Below, piece after piece: positions 19,030-27,010 of a DNA stretch of 30,283 bases. Origin of the DNA: a virus (Duplodnaviria; Caudoviricetes); the IMG/VR virus record IMGVR_UViG_3300046832_000395, positions 1 through 30,283 of that record. One strand, 5' to 3'. The first letter of the stretch is position 1, and each line of letters opens with the position of its first letter. The position numbers and the translations under genes are program-made. Below the pieces are notes generated by a model that was not told where the DNA came from, did not search any database, and saw nothing but the letters and a program-made list of their open reading frames with translations.

Positions 19030-20147
19030 TGAAATACAATTTAGACATATTAAATAACTATATAGAACGAGGATATGTGGTAAAACAGGATCACCCTACT
19101 TTACCGTTATCTATCTACAACTACTCGCGTACATGTCAATACGAAGGGAGATGGGACGATATTACTTTGAACATGAGAGGTACAATATTGGACAACGAAG
19201 GTAACGTAATAGCCAAATCATTTCCTAAGTTCTTCAATATGGAGGAAATGAAAGAGATACCTAACGAAGAGTTTCAAGTATACGAGAAGATGGACGGATC
19301 TTTAGGTATTGTGTTCTACTACAATGGAGAATGGCACTTAGCGTCTAAAGGATCTTTTGTTTCTGATCAGGCAATAAAGGGTAGAGAGATGCTAAGCAAA
19401 TACAAGGTAGAACTATTATCTCCAGGTTATACATACCTATTCGAGATAATATACCCAGAAAATAGGATTGTGTGTAACTACGGAAGTTTAGAAAAATTAG
19501 TATTGCTTGCTTGTATTGATTGTTCACCAGATGGTATAGAAGCAAGCGTACAAGTTCCTTACTATAAAGACAACTTCGATGTAGTATATCAATATGATGG
19601 TATAAAAGATTATAAGCAACTTAAGTCCATGATTAAAAACAATCAAGAAGGATTCGTTGTAAGATTTAACGATGGAACCAGGATGAAGATCAAAGGAGAG
19701 GAGTACGTGAGACTACATAGAATATTGACTGGACTTTCTAACGTAGATATATGGGAGATATTAAAGAACGGAGAGGACATAGAGAAATACCTAGAAAAAG
19801 TGCCTGACGAATTTGATAAATGGGTCAGAAATTGGGTTATGAACTTAAGCTACGCTAAATTTTCAGTAAGAGAATATTGCGGCAAGGCACATGATTATTT
19901 CAGATATGGTAAGTATGGTGATGTGGACCCCGAACCTACTAAAAAGGACTTTGCTCTACACTTGGAATCGTGTAAAATACACCCGCCTTACAAGTCAATA
20001 TTATTTGCAATGTGGGACGGAAGAGAATACAATCACATGATATGGAAGATAATCAAACCTAAGTATCAGAAACCAGTATGGCAAGACGATGAAATGCATA
20101 AACTAAAACAAAGAAGACCAGAATTATTTAACATTAAAAAAAATTAA
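19029..20147 (+). CDS. T4 Rnl1-like RNA ligase
   Basis: FPKFFN, motif I EKMDGSLG, FEII, motif IV EGFVV, motif V KIKGEEY. Confidence 0.92.
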   Translation: MKYNLDILNNYIERGYVVKQDHPTLPLSIYNYSRTCQYEGRWDDITLNMRGTILDNEGNVIAKSFPKFFNMEEMKEIPNEEFQVYEKMDGSLGIVFYYNGEWHLASKGSFVSDQAIKGREMLSKYKVELLSPGYTYLFEIIYPENRIVCNYGSLEKLVLLACIDCSPDGIEASVQVPYYKDNFDVVYQYDGIKDYKQLKSMIKNNQEGFVVRFNDGTRMKIKGEEYVRLHRILTGLSNVDIWEILKNGEDIEKYLEKVPDEFDKWVRNWVMNLSYAKFSVREYCGKAHDYFRYGKYGDVDPEPTKKDFALHLESCKIHPPYKSILFAMWDGREYNHMIWKIIKPKYQKPVWQDDEMHKLKQRRPELFNIKKN

Positions 20148-20148
20148 T

Positions 20149-20391
20149 ATGAAAGCTGTATTAGAATTTAATTTAGAAGACGCATTTGATGAAGCATCAC
20201 ATATGCGCTGCGTAAAAGCAAAAGACATGGCTCTCGCCTTATGGGATATAGATCAACTTCTAAGAGCTAAAACCAAATACGCACCAGATACCGTAAGCGA
20301 AGATATCGTCGACGCCTTAGAAGAGATTAGAGACGAACTGATAGAAATTATGAGTAACTATAATATAGATTTAGACGAACTGTTAAAATAA
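20149..20391 (+). CDS. Hypothetical phage protein
   Basis: MKAVLEFNL...; in tight array. Confidence 0.8.
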   Translation: MKAVLEFNLEDAFDEASHMRCVKAKDMALALWDIDQLLRAKTKYAPDTVSEDIVDALEEIRDELIEIMSNYNIDLDELLK

Positions 20392-20396
20392 AGACT

Positions 20397-21062
20397 ATGA
20401 AAATACAATACACAATACAAGAGATTAAACCAAAGGTGTTTGCAGTTGTGGTACCAGATAGATATCATAGAGCAATGTTGTTCATGAGAGTACAAGAGTT
20501 CTATGAGTCTCCTAATCCTAAATTCAGAGGCAAGTCTTTTGGAATATGGGACTACGTAGAATGGTATAGCAGAAATAACGGAGACAGATTTAATTACGCA
20601 TCAGATTGGGTAGGCTTTAACTTCCCTTTAGAAGTAGCCTTAAACTGTTATGATACTTTGGATGACGCGTACACTCCTTACGATGAGATCATGTATGGGA
20701 TTATATGGAATATATATGAAATGAATAAAGATTCTGGTAAAGCTTATATTATTGGCGTAGCAGATTTGACGTCTAGCACATTTCAACATGAACTGTGTCA
20801 TGCGTATTACCATATCAATAAGAAGTATAAGAAAGAGGTGGATGCCATCACTAAAGATATAGATCCTAAAATATATAAGAGAATGTGTAAGAACTTAGAA
20901 GATATGGGCTATACTAAAAAGGTATTCAATGACGAGATTCAGGCCTACACATGTATCGATTCAGATTACTTTGAATTCAATTTCAAGATATCGGAAACTA
21001 AATTAGAAAAACTATCAAATAAGTATAAAGTCGTATATGAAAAATATATCAACCAAAAATAA
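20397..21062 (+). CDS. Zincin-like HExxH protein
   Basis: FQHELCHAYY, later DEIQAY. Confidence 0.7.
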   Translation: MKIQYTIQEIKPKVFAVVVPDRYHRAMLFMRVQEFYESPNPKFRGKSFGIWDYVEWYSRNNGDRFNYASDWVGFNFPLEVALNCYDTLDDAYTPYDEIMYGIIWNIYEMNKDSGKAYIIGVADLTSSTFQHELCHAYYHINKKYKKEVDAITKDIDPKIYKRMCKNLEDMGYTKKVFNDEIQAYTCIDSDYFEFNFKISETKLEKLSNKYKVVYEKYINQK

Positions 21063-21159
21063 AGATAAAGAGAAAGAGAGACTTAAGAAGTACAAAGAGG
21101 TACAAAAGCAAGTCATAGCCAATTTAACAAAGACAGAAAGAAAAGCATTAGGATTATGA
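21037..21159 (+). CDS. 40-aa basic microprotein
   Basis: MKNISTKNKD...LTKTERKALGL*; ATGA-coupled to next gene; not in ORF track. Confidence 0.6.
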   Translation: MKNISTKNKDKEKERLKKYKEVQKQVIANLTKTERKALGL

Positions 21160-21551
21160 GAAAGGAAAGGAACTACGTAACTAGAGCCACCGCACAGAAG
21201 ATACTGGATTGGTGCTACTTCACATACGGCAGATCAAAAATAAATGGACCGTATCCAGCTCTTGAGTTCAGAAAGCCTGACTATTATACAGGAGACGACT
21301 ACGGCTATTACGATGAAGTGGATCAGACCATATTTGTAAACAAAGAAATTCACCACACAGTAGAAGAGCTTGTTAAGACAATTATTCATGAGTATTGGCA
21401 CTACGTTAGTCACTCTATGCACGAGTATCAGATATTGGCCAAGTGGTTGACTTCTGACAAGAACCCAATGGAGAAGGACGCAATAAGGATAGAGAGAAGA
21501 GACTATAAAAAATGTCTTAGGTTTCTTAAAAAAGAATACAACATTGGTTAA
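21156..21551 (+). CDS. Small zincin-like (SprT/ImmA-like) HExxH protein
   Basis: GYY..IFVN..TIIHEYWH..NPME. Confidence 0.75.
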   Translation: MRKERNYVTRATAQKILDWCYFTYGRSKINGPYPALEFRKPDYYTGDDYGYYDEVDQTIFVNKEIHHTVEELVKTIIHEYWHYVSHSMHEYQILAKWLTSDKNPMEKDAIRIERRDYKKCLRFLKKEYNIG

Positions 21552-21557
21552 CCTTAA

Positions 21558-21565
21558 ATATTTAT
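21558..21565 (+). promoter_or_regulatory. Putative late promoter box ATATTTAT
   Basis: In 23-nt intergenic gap; recurrent motif. Confidence 0.5.
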
Positions 21566-21574
21566 GTTCAGGAT

Positions 21575-21790
21575 ATGCTAATTTACGATCAACTAGATAG
21601 AATAGCGGAAGAGGCACAGATTCCCACCGAACTACACGAATATCTCCACATAAACAGTAGAGAGGTTTGGGTAGACACAATGGTTTTGTTAATAGAGAGC
21701 GGACAGATCAAACCGGTACCGAAGATGATCAAGGTTTTAGCTGAGAATTGGGAAGATTTATTGTGTAGGAAGTATTCAAATTTAAACTAA
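21575..21790 (+). CDS. Hypothetical protein
   Basis: 71-aa ORF after ATATTTAT. Confidence 0.75.
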   Translation: MLIYDQLDRIAEEAQIPTELHEYLHINSREVWVDTMVLLIESGQIKPVPKMIKVLAENWEDLLCRKYSNLN

Positions 21791-21794
21791 GATA

Positions 21795-22088
21795 ATGACG
21801 ATTTTACAGGCAACGGTTGATAGTTCTAGTGTAGGTTCTGCCTTCATGCAATACGGTATACTAGGGGTGTTGGCATTCTTATTAGGCTATTTTGCATGGC
21901 AACAGTACCTAAGACTAGTAGAAAAGAACGAAGCACTTGAGGAGAAGGTAGATAAACTGCAAGACCAAATGATGAAGATACTAGTAGAAGAAAGAGATCG
22001 ACTAGATACCTTGATAAGAGAGAACACAGCAGCACTACAAGAACTTCAGAAGACTATATATAAGTACATGGTTAAAAACAGAGAGTAA
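21795..22088 (+). CDS. Single-TM plus coiled-coil protein, holin-like
   Basis: QYGILGVLAFLLGYFAW TM helix then heptad-rich region; architecture like BhlA/UviB holins. Confidence 0.55.
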   Translation: MTILQATVDSSSVGSAFMQYGILGVLAFLLGYFAWQQYLRLVEKNEALEEKVDKLQDQMMKILVEERDRLDTLIRENTAALQELQKTIYKYMVKNRE

Positions 22089-22399
22089 TGGAAACTAAAA
22101 GATCGACGCTAACGAAAATGGGAGATAAATTAATCAAAGCATTTGAATTGGCCGAATCTTTTAAGAACAGACAGAAGAACAAGGACCTATCTTACGACCA
22201 AAAGTTATTGTTATTGAAAGAAGCCCTATCTACAGAATACAAACAATGTATCGAAGGTTCTAGAATATCAGGTTTATTTGCGGCTAAGAGACAAGTGGTA
22301 GAGAAGCACATACAATTTGTAAAGACTGTACAAAACAAAAAGGTTTTAATTGAAAGTGAAAAACAAATTATAGACACACTCATCTCAAAATACACATAA
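22088..22399 (+). CDS. Hypothetical basic protein
   Basis: TAATG-coupled to upstream gene. Confidence 0.75.
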   Translation: METKRSTLTKMGDKLIKAFELAESFKNRQKNKDLSYDQKLLLLKEALSTEYKQCIEGSRISGLFAAKRQVVEKHIQFVKTVQNKKVLIESEKQIIDTLISKYT

Positions 22400-22415
22400 A
22401 CTCCATCTAAAGGTT

Positions 22416-22616
22416 ATGAAACAATTGTTTACGAAAAAGTTTGGTAAGAAGATCGCTATCAAACCATGCAGCTCAGATCAAATCGGTTGCGACTATCACT
22501 TAGATCTATTCGGTGCATCATGTCCATCGTGCCCATATCAGCCATCTAATAAGACCAAATTCTTTACTTTCGGAGCTCCCAAGTCTGCCCCATTGGTCCA
22601 AAAACAAAAAGCTTAG
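22416..22616 (+). CDS. Possible small Cys-containing protein
   Basis: AAAGGTTATG leader; four Cys including CPSC; atypical composition. Confidence 0.45.
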   Translation: MKQLFTKKFGKKIAIKPCSSDQIGCDYHLDLFGASCPSCPYQPSNKTKFFTFGAPKSAPLVQKQKA

Positions 22617-22672
22617 TATATTATAGTCATTTGGTACCAAGCGTGCCCAAAGAGCCCAAAATAGGCCATTTT

Positions 22673-22804
22673 ATGCGTATTGGAAACCAATCAGTTGCGC
22701 ATGTTAAAAAAGAATATACATAACGTGTTGGTTCTCTATGAAGAACTTTTAAGATACTTGATAAATAATTTTTTTGTTTCGATAGATAGCAGTACTTTTA
22801 CCTT
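22673..22804 (+). promoter_or_regulatory. Regulatory module B: 25-bp IHF-like boxes plus TAnnTTTA promoter box
   Basis: Boxes at 22673-22697 (inverted) and 22721-22745; GTACTTTTACCTT at 22792-22804; same 71-nt spacing as module A. Confidence 0.7.
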
Positions 22805-22859
22805 GTTGATGCCACTTAGAGCATCATATATAAAAAAATATTAATATAAAATAAAAGTT

Positions 22860-23786
22860 ATGAACACACTACAAACTACGTTGACCGCGTTACAGTCACA
22901 ATTGGAATCTCAAAAAGAAGCATCTAAGTATTACTACGACAATGTTTTTAGTAAAGAAGTTGCTACATTAGAAGTAAGTATCTCAGAGTGGTTCGCTAAA
23001 TTTACAGGCGAAACATACACAGTCAAACTTCAAAGTGGTGGAGAAACATTACAAATCTTTTCATCTGAAGAAGACGTAAAAGATATGTGGAATCACAATG
23101 CAATTACTGTATATCACTACGCTAGATACGGTGAAGAAGCTAAAGCAAAATTAAGTTTCTATTCTAAAGAGGTAGAGTACGACGATACTAAAACTATTGC
23201 GTACTTAAAAACTTTAGGTATGGTTGCAGTTTTATTGAATCAAATTAATTCTATGATGCCTGTATGGAAAGCAGAGTATCAACAGTACGCACAAAAACGT
23301 TACGCTACATTCGAGCAACCAATATCTCACACTGAATTTGCTATACGTAAGACAGAGGCTCAGATATTAGAAGAAGGTTTAGCTTCTTACAAGCAAGCTG
23401 GATTCACGCATACTATATCTTCTCGTACAGAGTGCGAAAGACACTACAATATTGATTATGATCAACAAGGCGCTTATACATTAGAAGTAAAACCTAATCA
23501 GTATTTTGATCTACAAACAGGTAGAGGTCGATACGATAATGTAAGAGTGTATGCATTCGAAGTTGTAGGTCACGTTAAAAACGGTAAAGTCGAGATGAAC
23601 ATAAAGACTACTGCGGTAGAAGACGGATCATTCAGTCCTATAGTTGTTACTAAAGCAAGATTCGACGACTTCATTGCGACCGTATACAATTGGGAGAACT
23701 TTGATAGACCTAAATACAATGCCAAGCAAACTGAAAGGTATCTTGATCACATGAGTAAATTTACTACTGTAGTAGAAGTAGCCTAA
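22860..23786 (+). CDS. Hypothetical protein, first gene after module B
   Basis: 308-aa ORF, N-terminal coiled-coil-like segment, AATAAAAGTT leader. Confidence 0.85.
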   Translation: MNTLQTTLTALQSQLESQKEASKYYYDNVFSKEVATLEVSISEWFAKFTGETYTVKLQSGGETLQIFSSEEDVKDMWNHNAITVYHYARYGEEAKAKLSFYSKEVEYDDTKTIAYLKTLGMVAVLLNQINSMMPVWKAEYQQYAQKRYATFEQPISHTEFAIRKTEAQILEEGLASYKQAGFTHTISSRTECERHYNIDYDQQGAYTLEVKPNQYFDLQTGRGRYDNVRVYAFEVVGHVKNGKVEMNIKTTAVEDGSFSPIVVTKARFDDFIATVYNWENFDRPKYNAKQTERYLDHMSKFTTVVEVA

Positions 23787-23808
23787 TTAAATTATAAATA
23801 AATAAGTT

Positions 23809-23916
23809 ATGACTAAAAAAGAAAAAAAATTATTAGATGATAAATTGAAAGCTTTCTTAAAAAGATTAGAGAAGCCAGAAATTATCGCAGTATTTAAAAG
23901 ATTAAAAGATAGATAA
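23809..23916 (+). CDS. 35-aa basic amphipathic microprotein
   Basis: MTKKEKKLLDDKLKAFLKRLEKPEIIAVFKRLKDR; AAATAAGTT leader; not in ORF track. Confidence 0.7.
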   Translation: MTKKEKKLLDDKLKAFLKRLEKPEIIAVFKRLKDR

Positions 23917-23925
23917 ATAAAAGTT

Positions 23926-24156
23926 ATGAGTAAAAAATTATATGCAGTTATCCTCACGACAGAGGACTATATAAATACGGTGATATTTGACAACGAAAAA
24001 GAAGCTGTAGACAGTTTCGATTGTATCGACTACAATGTTGTTGACGATTACGATAATACATTTGCAGTAGTAGCAAAGCTCGATGGATTAGGTAAGGAAT
24101 TTGGTTTCGGAGCAAGAGGCGACTTTCATGGCGGAAATATTATTAAACAAAAATAA
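23926..24156 (+). CDS. Acidic hypothetical protein
   Basis: AATAAAAGTT leader. Confidence 0.8.
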   Translation: MSKKLYAVILTTEDYINTVIFDNEKEAVDSFDCIDYNVVDDYDNTFAVVAKLDGLGKEFGFGARGDFHGGNIIKQK

Positions 24157-24162
24157 AAGTTA

Positions 24163-24369
24163 ATGGACTATAAAGCACACGTCTTTCAAAGTTTAGGCAA
24201 TGGTAAGTTGCATCCTTCTAGAACTCAGTGCGGTAGGCATATACAAAGGAATAGTCGAGGCACATTTGTCACAAAGACTACATACTTTGTTGAACTACAC
24301 AAAGAAGATCCAAAAAATGTGTGCGAAAAATGTTTAGAATGGTTGTTAAATAAAAATAAAATAAAATAA
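24163..24369 (+). CDS. Small putative Zn-binding protein
   Basis: H..TQCG...CEKC. Confidence 0.7.
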   Translation: MDYKAHVFQSLGNGKLHPSRTQCGRHIQRNSRGTFVTKTTYFVELHKEDPKNVCEKCLEWLLNKNKIK

Positions 24370-24374
24370 AAGTT

Positions 24375-24839
24375 ATGGGATTAGACATGTATTTACAGAA
24401 AAAAACATTCTTACAGACAGGAGAATGGGTACGCGAAGACAAGAGATGCGAAGTAACAGTTACCGAAGGTGGTAAGCCGCATCCGTTCATCAATCCAAAA
24501 AAGATTGAATACATCGTAGAAGAAGTCGGATATTGGCGCAAAGCAAATCAGATCCATCAGTGGTTCGTAGAGAATGTGCAGAAGGGAAAAGACAATTGCG
24601 CAGAGTACAGAGTAGACTACGAACAATTGCGAGATCTGTTGAATGCTTGCGAAGACGTATTAGACGATCATAGTAAAGCAGAGCAGTTGTTACCAAGAAG
24701 CTCAGGCTTTTTCTTTGGAAGTACAGACTACGACGACTACTACTTCGAGCAAGTACAGAACACGTACGATATCTTAATGAGTATTGTGTCAGCAGGAGAT
24801 GCAGACACAGCAGAGTACACATATCAATCAAGTTGGTAA
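24375..24839 (+). CDS. Conserved phage hypothetical protein (MGLDMY/YWRKANQIH type)
   Basis: MGLDMYL, GYWRKANQIHQWFV, GFFFGSTDYD, YQSSW motifs recalled from phage hypotheticals. Confidence 0.85.
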   Translation: MGLDMYLQKKTFLQTGEWVREDKRCEVTVTEGGKPHPFINPKKIEYIVEEVGYWRKANQIHQWFVENVQKGKDNCAEYRVDYEQLRDLLNACEDVLDDHSKAEQLLPRSSGFFFGSTDYDDYYFEQVQNTYDILMSIVSAGDADTAEYTYQSSW

Positions 24840-24858
24840 CATATAAAACAATAAACAA

Positions 24859-25119
24859 ATGAAAACATTCAGCGATTTAGAATTCAAAACCCATCCTATG
24901 GGATCAGGTATTATTAGTCGTATCAAATTCGATAACGGATACGGTGCGTCAGTAGTTAAAGGACCTCACACTTACGGTGGAGACAAAGGTCTATACGAGT
25001 TAGCGGTCACAGACAGCAATGACGATCTAACTTACACCACACCAGTAACTAATGACGTAGAAGGTTATCTAACAGAAGAAGACGTAACAAAATTATTAGA
25101 ACAAATCCAAAATTTATAA
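24859..25119 (+). CDS. Conserved phage hypothetical protein (FxNGYGASVV type)
   Basis: FDNGYGASVV, YGGDKGLYELAV, TPVTNDVEGYL. Confidence 0.85.
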   Translation: MKTFSDLEFKTHPMGSGIISRIKFDNGYGASVVKGPHTYGGDKGLYELAVTDSNDDLTYTTPVTNDVEGYLTEEDVTKLLEQIQNL

Positions 25120-25122
25120 TCT

Positions 25123-25293
25123 ATGTTTGAAGAAATTGAAATTGGCGACATTTACAACGAGAACGAAGACGAACTAATAGAGACTATCGAAGAACTCGAG
25201 AAGGAAGTTAAGTTCTACCTCGCTCAAGGAAACAAGACAGCGGCTAAGTTGATTCAGCAGCAAATTAAGGACATTAAAAAAGTACACTTCTAA
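25123..25293 (+). CDS. 56-aa helical hypothetical protein
   Basis: MFEEIEIGDIYNENEDELIETIEELEKEV...; fills the gap exactly; not in ORF track. Confidence 0.7.
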   Translation: MFEEIEIGDIYNENEDELIETIEELEKEVKFYLAQGNKTAAKLIQQQIKDIKKVHF

Positions 25294-25294
25294 T

Positions 25295-25507
25295 ATGAGT
25301 AAAAAGTATTGTAAAGTATGTAGCGTAGAGATCCACCCAAAAAGGGTGGCTCTTGGTTACTCTACCACTTGTGTTAACCACAGCACAGCAGAGAGATTCA
25401 CAGGACACCTCGTTGTAGACGGTAAGACAGATTATTCAATACAGATAATCAAAGACCCTGAGGTAGGCAGAAAGCTCAAACAATTGGCTCAGGCTTCAAT
25501 AGGCTAA
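25295..25507 (+). CDS. TraR/DksA-like Zn-finger protein (C3H)
   Basis: YCKVCSVEIHPKRVALGYSTTCVNHS resembles CxxCxxxIxxxR...CxxC. Confidence 0.6.
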   Translation: MSKKYCKVCSVEIHPKRVALGYSTTCVNHSTAERFTGHLVVDGKTDYSIQIIKDPEVGRKLKQLAQASIG

Positions 25508-25514
25508 TATTTAT
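25507..25514 (+). promoter_or_regulatory. Putative late promoter box ATATTTAT
   Basis: At the gene junction; recurrent motif. Confidence 0.5.
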
Positions 25515-25531
25515 TAACACAAACAAGAAAC

Positions 25532-25819
25532 ATGAGCTACGTAAACCCACAAGACTATTCAAAACAAATAGCAAGCCTATTATCAGAAGGCTTAGACACA
25601 GTAACTGGAATGGTTACAGAACCTACGATTGTTACCGTTAAAGAAGCAATTAAGAACCTTACCACAGACGATAGAGAGCAGTTAGAACAATATGCTGCGT
25701 CTTTAAAGGAGATCAAAATGGAAATGGATAAGTTGATTGCTAAGGGTAAAAAAGGAAAAGCGGTAGCCGAGACTGGCGGAGACATGATGAATTTGACGAT
25801 GCCAACAACAGAGGAATAA
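25532..25819 (+). CDS. Hypothetical protein, possible virion/internal head protein
   Basis: After ATATTTAT; helical; LSE/VKE/VAE motifs. Confidence 0.7.
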   Translation: MSYVNPQDYSKQIASLLSEGLDTVTGMVTEPTIVTVKEAIKNLTTDDREQLEQYAASLKEIKMEMDKLIAKGKKGKAVAETGGDMMNLTMPTTEE

Positions 25820-25837
25820 TACAAACAAAAAACAGTT

Positions 25838-26179
25838 ATGCAAAATTTAGTTTTCGGTATCCTATACGGATTAGTAGCGCAGATCGTTGCGTTCTTGCAA
25901 TTGCAAGGCGGAATAAAATGGGAATGGTACCCAAAATATCAATTTTTACTTTACGCTTTATCACTACCTCTAACGTGGATGTACCTAAAGTCCGTTAGAT
26001 ACTTCATAGCTGCTTTCGAAGGCGAAATATGGCCGAGCAGATTGATAGGCTTTTCTATTGGCATAATTGTGTTTACTTTAATGAGTCACTACATTTTTAA
26101 AGAGCCACTATCATTTAAAACTATCGTGTGCTTGCTACTCGGTTTTTCTATCGTAGCAATTCAGGTACTTTGGAGATAG
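25838..26179 (+). CDS. Four-TM SMR/DMT-like membrane protein
   Basis: 113 aa, four hydrophobic helices, IFKEPLS motif before last helix. Confidence 0.7.
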   Translation: MQNLVFGILYGLVAQIVAFLQLQGGIKWEWYPKYQFLLYALSLPLTWMYLKSVRYFIAAFEGEIWPSRLIGFSIGIIVFTLMSHYIFKEPLSFKTIVCLLLGFSIVAIQVLWR

Positions 26180-26216
26180 ATTTTATCAGCATTATTAATT
26201 AGATTAAATTTAGGTT

Positions 26217-27005
26217 ATGAAAACGATTATCATAGGAGATGTCCATGGTAGAGATCAATGGAAACAAATAGTAGCACAAGAGAAGGATGCGGATACAGTC
26301 ATATTCTTAGGCGACTACTTCGATTCGTTTGATATTTCTGCTGTAGAACAGATGCATAACTTTAAGGAGATCGTAGAGTTCAAAGAGACCTCATTCACCA
26401 ACGCAGGTACTGAAGATCAACACAAGACTAGAGTTATCATGTTAATAGGTAACCACGATTATCATTATTTTCCAGAGATAAACGAGAGTTCCACTTCAGG
26501 TTACCAAACAAGAATGGCTATGGTGATTAAACAATTGATAGGAGAGAACAGACAACACTTAGAAGTTGCGCATAGAATGGACGAGTTCGTATTCAGCCAC
26601 GCAGGAATCAGTAGCGAATGGTTAGACGATTTCATTCCTAGTTGGAAGCTTGATACAATGGTAGATCAAATCAACGAGACATTTAAGTATACACCAGCAA
26701 ACCTATGTTACAGATCTTATAAGATAACAGATATAGAGAATGGAACGGTAATAGGATCAGGCGGATATGGTAACGAGACATATCAAGGACCGATGTGGAT
26801 AAGACCTAAAGCTTTGATGTCTGCTAATAAGGATACACTACGTAAGAAGATTATTCAAGTGGTTGGTCACACATATCAGAACGAGATAGACAAACAAGGT
26901 AAGGCAACAGGTGGTAGATACTACTTCGTTGACGTACAAGAGACAAGTCAAGAGTACATGATTATTACAGACGGACAAATATCATTTAATAAAATAAAAA
27001 AATAA
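26217..27005 (+). CDS. Calcineurin-like metallophosphoesterase (PPP-like)
   Basis: IGDVHG, FLGDYFD, IGNHD, SHAG, VGHT. Confidence 0.92.
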   Translation: MKTIIIGDVHGRDQWKQIVAQEKDADTVIFLGDYFDSFDISAVEQMHNFKEIVEFKETSFTNAGTEDQHKTRVIMLIGNHDYHYFPEINESSTSGYQTRMAMVIKQLIGENRQHLEVAHRMDEFVFSHAGISSEWLDDFIPSWKLDTMVDQINETFKYTPANLCYRSYKITDIENGTVIGSGGYGNETYQGPMWIRPKALMSANKDTLRKKIIQVVGHTYQNEIDKQGKATGGRYYFVDVQETSQEYMIITDGQISFNKIKK

Positions 27006-27010
27006 AAGTT

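Noticed and set aside
22400-22860. tRNA or other known structured RNA gene
   Set aside because: No cloverleaf with a proper T-arm was found by eye; a covariance-model search is needed to exclude it fully
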